A program made the position numbers and the translations under genes. From positions 7,443 to 71,442 of IMG/VR virus record IMGVR_UViG_3300008448_010404: 64,000 nt of DNA, one strand, 5' to 3'. Source of the stretch: a virus. Positions 8,478-19,015 of the stretch are shown here, in pieces. The notes below the pieces were generated by a model. The model was given only the letters and a program-made list of their open reading frames with translations, was not told the origin of the DNA and did not search any database. Within the stretch, counting starts at the first letter, position 1, and each line of letters begins with the position of its first letter.

Positions 8478-10100
8478 TCAATTCAATCTAATATTTTCAT
8501 TTAAAATTGTATTTTCCGCATTTGATAACATTTGGAATATCTCATCAATAGATTGTCCACTACCTGTAGATATAGGAATTGGGGGTATAGTTGAAAACGC
8601 GTGAACGTGACCTGCTAAATATTCAACAATTTTACGGATTAATTCCATTAACTTATCACCTCGAACCATCGGATAAGTTTTTGAGTTAATACTATCTTTA
8701 GAACCACTTTTACCAAAACCACCAACAAACATATCTTGGGGTATACCATAAAGAGTGTCAGATAAAGTTATCTTACCATTGGGTCCGTCAGAATCGTGTG
8801 AAATTAAATATAATTTTTGGGCACCTAATGTTCCATATGTCACGTCCTCAGTTGCACTATATTTAAAACGATTAATAGTATCAATTTTAGGTTTAATTGG
8901 TGCGGTAAAAACGGGTTGACCATTTTTAGTGGTATATATTTTAAAAAACCCTCGTTTTAGTATAAATTTAGGTGCGGTAATACCAATCATAAATTTACCG
9001 AAGTTAGTAATTTCTACAGTTTCTTGAACCGCTTTATTAACATCAGGGTTATCTAATGAATTAAATTTAGTTCCTGTTTCATAAGTTAATTTAGATGGTG
9101 TTACAATTAATGGATATAAATTTTCAGGTAAAACGTTTTGTGGATTTTTAACAGGATACGGATAATCTTTAAATTGATTTAACACCCCATTAATAAATGC
9201 GTTAATAATTGTTTTACATTCGTCAAAAGATTTAGATTGGAATTTAATAGATTCTAAAGGACCTGTAAAGTTAGTTCCTGACGACAATGATTTAATCGTA
9301 CTAATTTTAAAATTTTTAGTGTTTACCATTTCAGATGGAATAACATTATATAATCCAACATCACCGGTGAACGAATCTTGGGTGTTATCTAAATTATTAA
9401 TATTCCAAACTATCATTTTTTTAACCACCTGAACTTGGGTTATCAATCTAACCTGAGTTTCAGAATCTGTCTCTTCTTTTTTCTGAGTAAATCTACTCAA
9501 TTGTAAAAAGGCTCTATTAGTATTACCAACCGGTAATACATTTTTTTGTAATGTTTTAACTTTTCCAGCTCTAAGTAAAACATCATTATCTTTAATAATA
9601 ATATCCGCAGTCCCACGACCCAAAATCGCATTATCTCTTGGTTCAGGAAAAACTCCTTGACTTTGAGCTTTTTTATATGTGTTATCTTTATTTTTTATTG
9701 AAACACTATCTTTAATCAAATCACCTGATGCTAGATTTTTTTTAGATGCTTGGAAATACTCAAATCCAATAGTCATTGGTGATGATATTGGTCCGGGAAT
9801 ATAAAATTGATTCTGTAGTGGATAGTTTTTATTTTGATAAATTATATGAACATATTCATTTTTAAGTGGTGTAATGTTTAATGAATAAGGTAATAACGGT
9901 AGGAACAATACAGGGTCTTTAGATGTCCATGGGTCTTTTAATTCATCCCAACCAACAATTGATTGGATAATATCAGAATAGTTTTTTGTTTCAGGAACTA
10001 CACGAAGTCTACCTAACATCATAGGGTCTTCATTATCTAAAACAATACCTGGAAATATTATTTGACTTAATAACGATTTATCTAAATTACTTTCTTCCAT
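8478..10100 (-). CDS. Baseplate hub/central spike protein with a gp5-like N-terminal OB-fold
   Basis: GIVLDNEDPMMLGRLRV (gp5/VgrG OB motif), ILGRG..DI, and C-terminal VRGDKL...HVH spike-type His pair. Confidence 0.7.
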   Translation of the reverse strand: MEESNLDKSLLSQIIFPGIVLDNEDPMMLGRLRVVPETKNYSDIIQSIVGWDELKDPWTSKDPVLFLPLLPYSLNITPLKNEYVHIIYQNKNYPLQNQFYIPGPISSPMTIGFEYFQASKKNLASGDLIKDSVSIKNKDNTYKKAQSQGVFPEPRDNAILGRGTADIIIKDNDVLLRAGKVKTLQKNVLPVGNTNRAFLQLSRFTQKKEETDSETQVRLITQVQVVKKMIVWNINNLDNTQDSFTGDVGLYNVIPSEMVNTKNFKISTIKSLSSGTNFTGPLESIKFQSKSFDECKTIINAFINGVLNQFKDYPYPVKNPQNVLPENLYPLIVTPSKLTYETGTKFNSLDNPDVNKAVQETVEITNFGKFMIGITAPKFILKRGFFKIYTTKNGQPVFTAPIKPKIDTINRFKYSATEDVTYGTLGAQKLYLISHDSDGPNGKITLSDTLYGIPQDMFVGGFGKSGSKDSINSKTYPMVRGDKLMELIRKIVEYLAGHVHAFSTIPPIPISTGSGQSIDEIFQMLSNAENTILNENIRLN

Positions 10101-10302
10101 TTCGACTATTATATTCTTTTAATACTTTATTATATAATTCTTCTAAATTATCCAAATGATGTGTCATATCAATTAAAGTTTGTTTAACCGTTTCAAAATC
10201 TTTATTAATGGTATCCATCGCTAATATTAAATCATTGTTAGAATGTGTTGATGGACTTTCAACAACATCCATGGTTTTTTTTGTTATTTCTTCTTTAGTC
10301 AT
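10087..10302 (-). CDS. Small coiled-coil hypothetical protein
   Basis: ATG 10302 (MTKEEITKK), coupled to neighbouring genes. Confidence 0.65.
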   Translation of the reverse strand: MTKEEITKKTMDVVESPSTHSNNDLILAMDTINKDFETVKQTLIDMTHHLDNLEELYNKVLKEYNSRNGRK

Positions 10303-10303
10303 A

Positions 10304-12238
10304 TTACATAGATTTACCTGAACCCATTGCCGGTATTGTAACACCAGCCGGTGTCATTGTTAATGGAGGTATCGCAATTGAAACTTTACCATTTTCAGCC
10401 ATTTCAAGTGCTTGTGCTTTCATTGATGAAAACATACTTAAAACCGCTAAATTTGGACTACCATCCGGCATAGGACCTGTTGGTATCCCTATTTTTTGTA
10501 GTTCAGTTATTGTCCCAATAAAAGCTCTTGTTTCTGAAAACCCATCTAATAATTGTGACCCAAATAATAATGGTAGGGGTAATGTTCCCCACCCCGTGGC
10601 GGCTATTTTGAGTAACCATAATATTTCATCAACAACACTTTTACATTCCCTCCAATCAGTTATAAACTGACCAATGGTAATTAATAATTGAATTAATTTC
10701 AATATCATTATAACATATTTATTAACAGATTCTTTTACTAAATCAGTAATAACATTTTGAATTAAATTTCTGATATCTCGTTTTATTTCATCAAATAATG
10801 TTTTAATAAAAATACCGGCAATTTTTGAAATAACATTTTTGAAAAAACTTTTAAATCTTTTAACAAAATCAAAAAATGATTCGATAGTTTCCATAACCGA
10901 TTTACCAATAGCCTTTAACATAATTGCCAACGGTAGTAAAATTTTTGGTGAAAACAATGAAAACGCCAATCCCTTTACTAAATTTTTAACAAAATCTAAA
11001 TTTAATTCTAAATCAATATTTCCTTCAAGACCAAGACCATTCCAATTAGGGTCTTGAACCATATTATCAGTTATTTTATCAGCGGCATTAATTTCATTAT
11101 TATCACCTTCAACCCTCATAACTTCATTTAATAATTCAAATGCTAAGTCAGCATTAACAGGAACCTCAACGTCACCACAAGTTTCAAATTTTGTAACACG
11201 GTTTCTAATATTACTCACACGTTCCTCAATTTTTCTTAAATCAACGTCAGTTAATTCAAAAAATGAATTATCACTATCATCAGATTCTGAGAGTTTTGAA
11301 ATACCACTAACATCTATTGTTTTTCTATTATCAAAACAAAGTCCTAAAATCCTTTGTATGATAGCCATAACTTTACTTTGTTCCTCAACTTCATTAATAC
11401 CAACATCGGCTTTAATTGAAATAACCCCTAACATTGCCTCTAAAACCCAAGCTAAAGTTGTATTAAAATCAACAACTTTTATTGTTTTATAATAATCAAC
11501 AATAAATTCACTAACATTATTTAATTTACCTAACGTCATTCTTTGTGGTAATGTTACTTTATAGAAATTACCTGTCTCACCTAAGTCATTTGTTTCCGTA
11601 TATTGGATATCAAATAATGGTTGACCTGAACGTCCTAAATATATCTGACCATTATCAGTATAGTAACTATTATCACTTTGTATTAACCTATATAATTCTT
11701 TATTCATTGAAAATGGGTAATTTTGAATAACAACAGGTTTTTTTTCGTATAGTGGCTTACCTTTATCAGAATTTGGGTCTTTTTTTAATAAAGAACCTAA
11801 ATCAATTGATTTTACTTTAATATAAATAACCGTTCCATTTGGGACAGGAACATTTGGTGCGTTATATGACTGTTGTTGGTCACAACCCACAACTGACAAA
11901 CATTCATTCATTAAAATCTCAGCAATCTTAGGTTCAATCTTACGTAAAGTTCTAATCAATATTTTTTTAATATATTTTATTGAGTTAGACCCTTTACCAC
12001 CAGTGATTTTATTGATATCTAATAATTGGTCAAATTGGTTTTTTAATTGTTTTTGGTATTTGTTTGTTTTATCTTGAATACTTTTTAATGATTGTGCAGC
12101 ATTCTCTTTGGTGTTTTCAAAAGAGTCTCCGGCCTGTCTTTTAATATTATCATAATCACTTTTTAAGTTAGTATATGATTTGACTGCATTTATTTTTTCT
12201 TGAGCTTCTTTATAACCCTCTTGAACACTAATTGCCAT
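10304..12238 (-). CDS. Hypothetical protein, probably structural (baseplate/tail region)
   Basis: 644-aa ORF with helical N- and C-regions, in an operon with the gp5-like gene. Confidence 0.6.
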   Translation of the reverse strand: MAISVQEGYKEAQEKINAVKSYTNLKSDYDNIKRQAGDSFENTKENAAQSLKSIQDKTNKYQKQLKNQFDQLLDINKITGGKGSNSIKYIKKILIRTLRKIEPKIAEILMNECLSVVGCDQQQSYNAPNVPVPNGTVIYIKVKSIDLGSLLKKDPNSDKGKPLYEKKPVVIQNYPFSMNKELYRLIQSDNSYYTDNGQIYLGRSGQPLFDIQYTETNDLGETGNFYKVTLPQRMTLGKLNNVSEFIVDYYKTIKVVDFNTTLAWVLEAMLGVISIKADVGINEVEEQSKVMAIIQRILGLCFDNRKTIDVSGISKLSESDDSDNSFFELTDVDLRKIEERVSNIRNRVTKFETCGDVEVPVNADLAFELLNEVMRVEGDNNEINAADKITDNMVQDPNWNGLGLEGNIDLELNLDFVKNLVKGLAFSLFSPKILLPLAIMLKAIGKSVMETIESFFDFVKRFKSFFKNVISKIAGIFIKTLFDEIKRDIRNLIQNVITDLVKESVNKYVIMILKLIQLLITIGQFITDWRECKSVVDEILWLLKIAATGWGTLPLPLLFGSQLLDGFSETRAFIGTITELQKIGIPTGPMPDGSPNLAVLSMFSSMKAQALEMAENGKVSIAIPPLTMTPAGVTIPAMGSGKSM

Positions 12239-12239
12239 A

Positions 12240-12617
12240 TTATTTTAATTTGTAAGAACCTTTAGTTGTGTCGGTATCTTTTTCCAAAAGATTTTTAATA
12301 ATATCATCATCCATATCAATATCTGAGATAGTGAAATTATCACTATTTGATGTGTTATTAGTTTTTTCCCAAATACTTGATTGTAATTTAGATAATGACA
12401 ATTTTTTCTCAACACATTCGTTTATTATTTTTTGTTGTTTCTCAATGATAGGACCAATTAAAGTCATATCTTCAACTTCTTTCATTAAAGACAACATTTT
12501 ATTTTGAATTCTGATGGCGGTATTTCTTTGTTCTACAAGTTCATTGTAGATTTCTTGCATTAACGATAAGATTGAGTCTTTAGTTAAATTAATTTCTTTT
12601 TTTGCCGGTCTTCCCAT
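12240..12617 (-). CDS. Coiled-coil hypothetical protein
   Basis: 125-aa ORF; ATAAATA at 12624-12630. Confidence 0.7.
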   Translation of the reverse strand: MGRPAKKEINLTKDSILSLMQEIYNELVEQRNTAIRIQNKMLSLMKEVEDMTLIGPIIEKQQKIINECVEKKLSLSKLQSSIWEKTNNTSNSDNFTISDIDMDDDIIKNLLEKDTDTTKGSYKLK

Positions 12618-12631
12618 AATAATATAAATAT

Positions 12632-13378
12632 TTATTTAACCATTTTTTCAATAAGTGAAAAATATATCGTTTTATATTTTTTCATTGAACTTCTAATTTC
12701 TTTTGTTGATAAATTAGTCATTTCACGTAATGATAGTAATACAACATTTTTATTAAATTTGTTGTTATCATTACCTATAAAAACGTCATTGTAATTATCA
12801 AATAATTCGTATAACGCATGTCCTAACTTAATTTCATTCTCAGACAAATTACTGTTTTTTAAAAATTCGTCTAACTCCAATAAAAATCCTGCAATAATTG
12901 TTGTTGCGTCTATTGAATCATTTTCAATATTGTATGAGAAATCGTTACTATTTTCTAAATCATACGATATATCTTCATACGATATTTTTCGATTAGTTTC
13001 TTTTTGGTCTTTAATTATTTGTCCCATCAAATAATTTTTACAGATGGTCCCAAAATAAGAATAGGCCTTCTTTTCTTTTGAAGGTTTAAACTTATCAATT
13101 TTGGTCATTAAAAAGGAGTGTGTATCTATATGTATTTCATAGAAATCCATATCTTTTCTGTATAATTTATATCTTCTAATAATTGAAGATATCATCTTAT
13201 CTAAAGGTTTACGTAAAAAGTTGTTGTAAATTTTATTCTTTTCTTCAAATGAATTAGCGGTTAGATAATCTATAACCGCTAATTCTTCTCTCACATCAAA
13301 ATAATTTTCTTGTGTTGGTTTTCTACCTTTCTTTTTTAACTCCGTACTTGTTTCATTAATTGTTTCATTAGTACTCAT
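12632..13378 (-). CDS. Phage sigma factor, T4 gp55-like late sigma
   Basis: NYF..., KMISSIIRRY, KIDKFKPSKEKKAYSYFGTICKNYL resembles sigma region 2 of gp55 (F.P.K...F.YFT.I). Confidence 0.7.
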   Translation of the reverse strand: MSTNETINETSTELKKKGRKPTQENYFDVREELAVIDYLTANSFEEKNKIYNNFLRKPLDKMISSIIRRYKLYRKDMDFYEIHIDTHSFLMTKIDKFKPSKEKKAYSYFGTICKNYLMGQIIKDQKETNRKISYEDISYDLENSNDFSYNIENDSIDATTIIAGFLLELDEFLKNSNLSENEIKLGHALYELFDNYNDVFIGNDNNKFNKNVVLLSLREMTNLSTKEIRSSMKKYKTIYFSLIEKMVK

Positions 13379-14181
13379 TAAACTTCTTGGGGTTCATATT
13401 TTATGGCTCTGTCGTTAATAAAGAAATATTCTTTTTTAGCCGAATCAACCCAAAATTTTACCTCACCATCAGTTAAAACTTCTTCACCATTTTTATAATT
13501 CCAAAAAATAGAACCTTCACGTAAGTTAGTATGTTTGTAACCAATTTTAGGTATTGACATAATTTTAAGTGAATTATAAGTCAATCTCAAAAATAACTCA
13601 TATCCAAATGTTAATTTCATTGACGGTTTAATTAATCCAGCGTCAATAAATTTTTGTTTTTTAATTACCATACCTGACGGTTGGAAATTTTGATAAGTTT
13701 GTAATGTTTCATTAGTCAAAATACCCATTTCACTACTGAAATTTGCTGCAAATGTTGCTTCATTTGTAAATCCCGCAAATAACTCCTTATCTGTTGTGTC
13801 CACAACAATTGGTAAGAAAGCATCATAATCAGGATATGATTCTGTGTATAATTTTACATTTTTAAACCAAATTGATGAATATTCATCATCAAACTCAAAT
13901 AAAGAAACCCATTCTGATTTTGATGAACGAACACCATAATTAACTTGTGATGCGTAATTAGGTTCTTTAGTCCATTCATGTTTCACAACATTAATATCAC
14001 CAAAATCGTAACCATTTAAATACTCAACTAAACTAGTTTCATTTGTATGAACAATTACTAATTCATTAATACCCAATTTTTGATTTTTAATTGATTGGAT
14101 TGCTTTATTAAAATAATCATCAAAATTTAATGTTTTAGATGATTTAATTGGTAAGATTACTGATACATTTAATTTTTCCAT
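13378..14181 (-). CDS. Glycosyltransferase family 2 (GT-A)
   Basis: VSVILPI, AIQSIKNQ, VNYGV, FEFDDEY. Confidence 0.8.
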   Translation of the reverse strand: MEKLNVSVILPIKSSKTLNFDDYFNKAIQSIKNQKLGINELVIVHTNETSLVEYLNGYDFGDINVVKHEWTKEPNYASQVNYGVRSSKSEWVSLFEFDDEYSSIWFKNVKLYTESYPDYDAFLPIVVDTTDKELFAGFTNEATFAANFSSEMGILTNETLQTYQNFQPSGMVIKKQKFIDAGLIKPSMKLTFGYELFLRLTYNSLKIMSIPKIGYKHTNLREGSIFWNYKNGEEVLTDGEVKFWVDSAKKEYFFINDRAIKYEPQEV

Positions 14182-14183
14182 AA

Positions 14184-15245
14184 TTATTCTTCGATTGTTT
14201 GTAGTTTAGAGATTTGTTCTTCAAATGATTTTAAACGAACTGAAAAATATTCGTCAAATAAAGACAATGCTTGTTTTTCAAAATTTTCTTTTGTTGGTAA
14301 AGAATCCACAGTTGTTTTTATTTTACCATTAAATTCCTCACTAATATTATCTTCTAACCAATTTTGTAAATGGTCAGCAATAACATCAACAATGTGTGAT
14401 TTGTTATTAACCCAAATACCGTTATCTTCATTCATCCATGTTGGTAATACATTTGGTACTAAACCAATTACTGGTATGTTAGACTTCATTGATTCTAATG
14501 GAAACGTTCCGTATGAACTTGTTTCATCAATCCACACTGAAACAAAACCTTCACTAAGTTTCTCAGCAAATTCAGTGTGAGTTAAACCTCTCATATCTCT
14601 TAATGTAACCCATCTATATTGAGGGTATTTTAGATAAAAAGTTTTAATAATATTAACAGTATCTCGTTGGTCTTTAGAATGGACAGAAATTATTGGTTTT
14701 GCTGGTAATTTACTAGGTTTAAAATCCTCAGAAATATATGGTTCTAAAATGTCAAAACTAACACTTTTCATAACATTTTTAATATATTCTTTTTGATTTT
14801 CCGATGTTGTAATACATTTATAGAATCCAAATTGTGCCCAAGTTTCACCCGGATTTAATGTTTCTAACATGTGGTCATAAGATTGACATAGTACAATTTT
14901 ACCACAAGGTAAATTTTTTATTTGGTCCATAACAAATCCAAATAATTCAGGAACAACTATAAAATCATCAGGTGACACTTGTAAATTACTACCCTCAATT
15001 GATTGATGAGGTATAGACTCATATTTATCACCTAACCAAGATGAAACACTTGTATAATCAGGTCTTTCATGTAAAATGATTGGATTATATCCATTATTCT
15101 TTAAAGTTAACACCAATTCATAAATGTAATGTATTGAAGCTTTGGCATTACCTTTAGTGTCTTGAACAATAAAATAAATTTTTGAATTTTTGTTTTTTAA
15201 ATTTTCAACAGAAGTTTCAATTTTAGAAATTTGTTCTTGGTTCAT
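14184..15245 (-). CDS. GT-B fold glycosyltransferase (GT4-like)
   Basis: IVVPE and C-terminal SSYGTFPLESMKSNIPVIG donor-binding motif. Confidence 0.75.
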   Translation of the reverse strand: MNQEQISKIETSVENLKNKNSKIYFIVQDTKGNAKASIHYIYELVLTLKNNGYNPIILHERPDYTSVSSWLGDKYESIPHQSIEGSNLQVSPDDFIVVPELFGFVMDQIKNLPCGKIVLCQSYDHMLETLNPGETWAQFGFYKCITTSENQKEYIKNVMKSVSFDILEPYISEDFKPSKLPAKPIISVHSKDQRDTVNIIKTFYLKYPQYRWVTLRDMRGLTHTEFAEKLSEGFVSVWIDETSSYGTFPLESMKSNIPVIGLVPNVLPTWMNEDNGIWVNNKSHIVDVIADHLQNWLEDNISEEFNGKIKTTVDSLPTKENFEKQALSLFDEYFSVRLKSFEEQISKLQTIEE

Positions 15246-15246
15246 A

Positions 15247-15507
15247 CTAATACTTGTTTATTATTTTTTTATTTATTAGCGTATTAAACGCAATTTTAAA
15301 AGGGATTGATAAATTACTACTTTTAGTCCCTAATGTTTCATCAACTTCTTCACTTTCAGTCATTAAGATTTCCACCATAGTTTTATACATTTCGTATCTA
15401 ACTAAGTTAACTTGAGTTTCCGCAGAAAGTGTTGTTTTTTCAATATTGACACATTCTTCTAATTTGTCAATATCTAAATAATAATGTTCGTTTAATACTT
15501 TTAACAT
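15247..15507 (-). CDS. Hypothetical protein
   Basis: 86-aa ORF coupled to neighbours. Confidence 0.7.
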   Translation of the reverse strand: MLKVLNEHYYLDIDKLEECVNIEKTTLSAETQVNLVRYEMYKTMVEILMTESEEVDETLGTKSSNLSIPFKIAFNTLINKKIINKY

Positions 15508-16118
15508 TTTAATAAGTTATTTAATTTATCATCAAATTCATTTAGTGTTTTTACGGTATGTTCAGATTCAATATCTTTATTGTATTCTGTTTCATACTTA
15601 ACAACTATTTTATTCGACGGATTATCTAATAATAACGCAGGATTTGATGTAAGTAAAATATCAACCTCATCCCACATTGAATTTATTGTGATATTACTAT
15701 AAAATTTTATTTTTTCTAATTGACAAATAAATTTAGAAAGAAAAAAAAGTGTTGCTGGTTTGGACTTACCAATTTCATCGGAAACTATTAATAAATCATT
15801 TTCATCTCTATATTTTAAATAAATTTGTTGTAAATCATTAAATGTTGAATATTCAGACGATTGAGCATGTCCAAAAATTTCCATCGCAAATTCTTCATAT
15901 AAAAATGAATACAATTCTTCATCACTTTGAAATTTGAAATGTTTGTTTAAATCTAAAGATGTAACAGGTAAAATCATTTCATATTGAAATTCATTTTCCT
16001 CTTCAATACCGTCAGTTTGTGATAAATAAAATTTTTCGTAAGTTTGTTCAACTTTTCCAATAGTATCTCTTAAAACACCATTAATATCAAATCCGATTCT
16101 AAATTTTGGTTTTTCCAT
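15501..16118 (-). CDS. HAD-superfamily 5'(3')-nucleotidase-like protein
   Basis: IGFDINGVLRD (motif I, D-x-N variant) and YN near the C-terminus. Confidence 0.6.
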   Translation of the reverse strand: MEKPKFRIGFDINGVLRDTIGKVEQTYEKFYLSQTDGIEEENEFQYEMILPVTSLDLNKHFKFQSDEELYSFLYEEFAMEIFGHAQSSEYSTFNDLQQIYLKYRDENDLLIVSDEIGKSKPATLFFLSKFICQLEKIKFYSNITINSMWDEVDILLTSNPALLLDNPSNKIVVKYETEYNKDIESEHTVKTLNEFDDKLNNLLKC

Positions 16119-16124
16119 AATACC

Positions 16125-16152
16125 AATATATTTAGAATAAAAAAATAGTAAA
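16125..16152 (-). promoter_or_regulatory. Sigma70-like promoter TTTACT-N16-TATATT
   Basis: Read on the minus strand upstream of 16118; similar elements lie upstream of 23767 and 26100. Confidence 0.4.
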
Positions 16153-16157
16153 CAATA

Positions 16158-16931
16158 TTATAATTTACCTTTTTTTTCTTCATAATCATCAAACTTCTGT
16201 TCAATGATTTTAATGATTTTATTTCTAACTATTTCATCAGGATTATTTAACGATACACAACCAAATTCAGGTTCGTCCTCGAACATCTTATAAACAATTT
16301 CTAGTGAAGATTCTTTTTTGTTTCTGATGTCTTTTTGTTTAGTATCTCCAAGTATCACCATTTTAGAATTATCACCAATTCTTGTTAGTAATGTTTTCAT
16401 ATTATCTAAAGTAATATTTTGACACTCATCCGCAATGATAATTGAATTGTCAATTGAACGTCCTCTAATAAATGCCAATGGTTGTATTTTAATAATACCT
16501 GATTCCCTTAATTTATTAGTAATTTCCTCTCCAACAATTTTCTCAAAATTATCAATAAAAGAAATCATAAAAGGTTCTAACTTTTCTTTAATATCACCGG
16601 GTAAAAAACCTGTTTCTTCACCCTTTAATTGTGTAACTGATTTAACTAAAATGATTTGTTTAAATTCGTGATTTTTAACCATTTTAAGAGCTTCAGCACA
16701 CGCTAAGAAAGTTTTACCTGTCCCAGGTAATCCTGAGACAATGGTAATTTCTTTTTCCTTAATAGTTTTGATTAATTTTTTTTGAGTTTCATTTTTACAT
16801 TGAACTCTTACACTTATGTGGTCTAAAAGTTTAGCCGAGTCAAACTCTTTTTTATCAACAACTAAAACTTTTGTTGGTAATTTTTCAACCTCAGATGTTG
16901 GGGTTGTACTTGGTTTTCTACCTCTACCCAT
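16158..16931 (-). CDS. phoH: PhoH-family ATPase
   Basis: Walker A GLPGTGKT, GFLPGD..EK, PLAFIRGRS, IIADECQN, LLTRIG, GDTKQ.D. Confidence 0.95.
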   Translation of the reverse strand: MGRGRKPSTTPTSEVEKLPTKVLVVDKKEFDSAKLLDHISVRVQCKNETQKKLIKTIKEKEITIVSGLPGTGKTFLACAEALKMVKNHEFKQIILVKSVTQLKGEETGFLPGDIKEKLEPFMISFIDNFEKIVGEEITNKLRESGIIKIQPLAFIRGRSIDNSIIIADECQNITLDNMKTLLTRIGDNSKMVILGDTKQKDIRNKKESSLEIVYKMFEDEPEFGCVSLNNPDEIVRNKIIKIIEQKFDDYEEKKGKL

Positions 16932-17012
16932 ATATTTTTTTTTATACTAATAAATATAACATATATTAAGAATACAACAAGTATTTAAAATCATCAATAA
17001 TTTTTAAATTAC

Positions 17013-18077
17013 TTACCCTTTTGAAATTGAGTTAATCCATTCATATGTCAATTTTAACCCATTAAGTAATGGTTGATTAACTGACCACCCAATTTTTTCT
17101 TTATAGAGTTTATTATCAGAATTTCTACCCTTAACACCTATTGGACATTTATGTCCGTATTTCTCAATAAATTCATCCCCGTAAATATTTTTTATTGTAA
17201 TATTTTTACCTGTTAAATTAATAGCCATTTGAGCCAATTGATTGATTGTAACCATTTCTTCAGAACCTATATTAACAGGTCCTATAAAATCACTATCCAT
17301 CAATCTTAATACCGCCTCAACACATTCATCAATATATAGAAAAGAACGCGTTTGTAACCCATCACCCCAAACTTCCAAAACACCACCGTCAGGTGTCTCA
17401 ACAGCTTTTCTACACATAGCTGCAGGTGCTTTTTCTTTACCACCTTTCCATGTCCCTTGAGGTCCAAATATGTTATGAAATCTGGCAATTCTAACATTTA
17501 ACCCATAATTTCTCATGAAAGATAAATAAAGTCTTTCACTAAATAACTTCTCCCAACCATATTCTGAATCAGGATTTGCTGGATATGCTGATGATTCTTC
17601 ACAGTTTGGGTTATTAGGGTCTAATTGATTATGTTCGGGATACATACATGCCGATGATGAATAAAATATTTTTTTAACATTAAATTTAGTCGCATAATGA
17701 ACCACATTTAAATTAACTAAAGAAGAATTGTGCATTACGTTAGCGTCATTTTCACCTGTAAAAATATAACCAGCACCTCCCATATCAGCAGCTAATTGAT
17801 ATACCTCATCAAAAGTTACTATCTCAGTAAATGGTTGTTTGTAAAAACTATATTTTACAATATGACCATCACCGACGGTTTCCAATCTCATAACAGATTC
17901 AACTATTTTTGGGTCTCTTAAATCACCCACAATAAAATCATCACAAATATCTTCTTTAGAAAAATATTCATGTTCTTTTAAATCCACAATTCTAACCCAA
18001 TTACCCTCGGATTTTAATCTTTTAGCCAAATGACCACCAATGAAACCACCACCACCTAGTATTAAAATTTTTTTCAT
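17013..18077 (-). CDS. GDP-mannose 3,5-epimerase-like extended SDR
   Basis: GGGGFIG, LAADMGGAGYI, SSSACMYP, YGWEK, RFHNIFGP.GTWKGGKEKAPAAMCRK, VWGDGLQTRSF match GME signatures including the catalytic Cys and Lys; ATG 18077. Confidence 0.88.
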   Translation of the reverse strand: MKKILILGGGGFIGGHLAKRLKSEGNWVRIVDLKEHEYFSKEDICDDFIVGDLRDPKIVESVMRLETVGDGHIVKYSFYKQPFTEIVTFDEVYQLAADMGGAGYIFTGENDANVMHNSSLVNLNVVHYATKFNVKKIFYSSSACMYPEHNQLDPNNPNCEESSAYPANPDSEYGWEKLFSERLYLSFMRNYGLNVRIARFHNIFGPQGTWKGGKEKAPAAMCRKAVETPDGGVLEVWGDGLQTRSFLYIDECVEAVLRLMDSDFIGPVNIGSEEMVTINQLAQMAINLTGKNITIKNIYGDEFIEKYGHKCPIGVKGRNSDNKLYKEKIGWSVNQPLLNGLKLTYEWINSISKG

Positions 18078-18078
18078 A

Positions 18079-19014
18079 TTAAATAAATTGTTTTTTGTAT
18101 AATTCAAAAAATGTTAAAGCATTTTTTGGTATAATTTTATCAAAAGATATTAGATTCTGAGTTAATTGTAAAGTACTTCTATATCCAATAATTTCTTTTT
18201 CTAAATTGGTTATTAAATCTTGAACATTCCTATCTTGATATACACTAGCAGGTGAGTAAACAATACTATTTGGGAAGTAGTGTTGTAATATATAACCACC
18301 CCAAATATCATCCATTCTTCCTGTAAACGGTAATACTGAATAATACGGAATTACTTCTCTTGATAAAAATGTGTTTTGAGAATTAAATGGTGATATTTTA
18401 TTAGAACAATATGGTTCAGTAATGTCAGAATATTTAACAATAGGTTTGTATGTTAATCTTGCCATTGCGTCAATGTCAGGGTCACCATCCCATAAATCAG
18501 CTTGAATTAACACTTTTCTTTTTATTTTACCTTTGTATTCTACCTTATGCCTTTTTTGTAAATATTCTATAGGGTAACCTCTATGCCAAATATAATTATC
18601 CTTAGTTATTGAAAGTGGGTCAAATACATCAAGTTCAGGTTCATATAAATCAACATCAATTGTTTTACCAACATAGATATTTTTACCCCAATTATCATAA
18701 GGTATATTATCATCATCAACCGTTGCGATAATATCGCCACCCATTTTATATGCGGCAATAAATCCTACGTTTCTTCTTTGAATTGTTTTCCATCCAATAA
18801 TATCACTAATCTCTTTATAATCTCTTTCTTGTTCTTCCGGTGAAAGATATTTAACATTAGGATATTTTGATGATAATTCAATATATTCATCGTGAGGTGT
18901 TTTTGTATCACCAACTATGATGAATGTCCAATTATCTCTTTGAGCGATTTGAGCAAACTTAATTGTCGCTATCGTTGGACTATTGATTGTTGTTGTAACA
19001 ATAATTTTTTTCAT
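18079..19014 (-). CDS. STELLO/DUF288 (GT75/RGP-related) glycosyltransferase-like protein
   Basis: IVTTTIN.PT, VGD.KTP, RRNVGF..A, DDDN, RGYP, DPDIDA, NSQNT, RMDDIW. Confidence 0.75.
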   Translation of the reverse strand: MKKIIVTTTINSPTIATIKFAQIAQRDNWTFIIVGDTKTPHDEYIELSSKYPNVKYLSPEEQERDYKEISDIIGWKTIQRRNVGFIAAYKMGGDIIATVDDDNIPYDNWGKNIYVGKTIDVDLYEPELDVFDPLSITKDNYIWHRGYPIEYLQKRHKVEYKGKIKRKVLIQADLWDGDPDIDAMARLTYKPIVKYSDITEPYCSNKISPFNSQNTFLSREVIPYYSVLPFTGRMDDIWGGYILQHYFPNSIVYSPASVYQDRNVQDLITNLEKEIIGYRSTLQLTQNLISFDKIIPKNALTFFELYKKQFI

Positions 19015-19015
19015 A

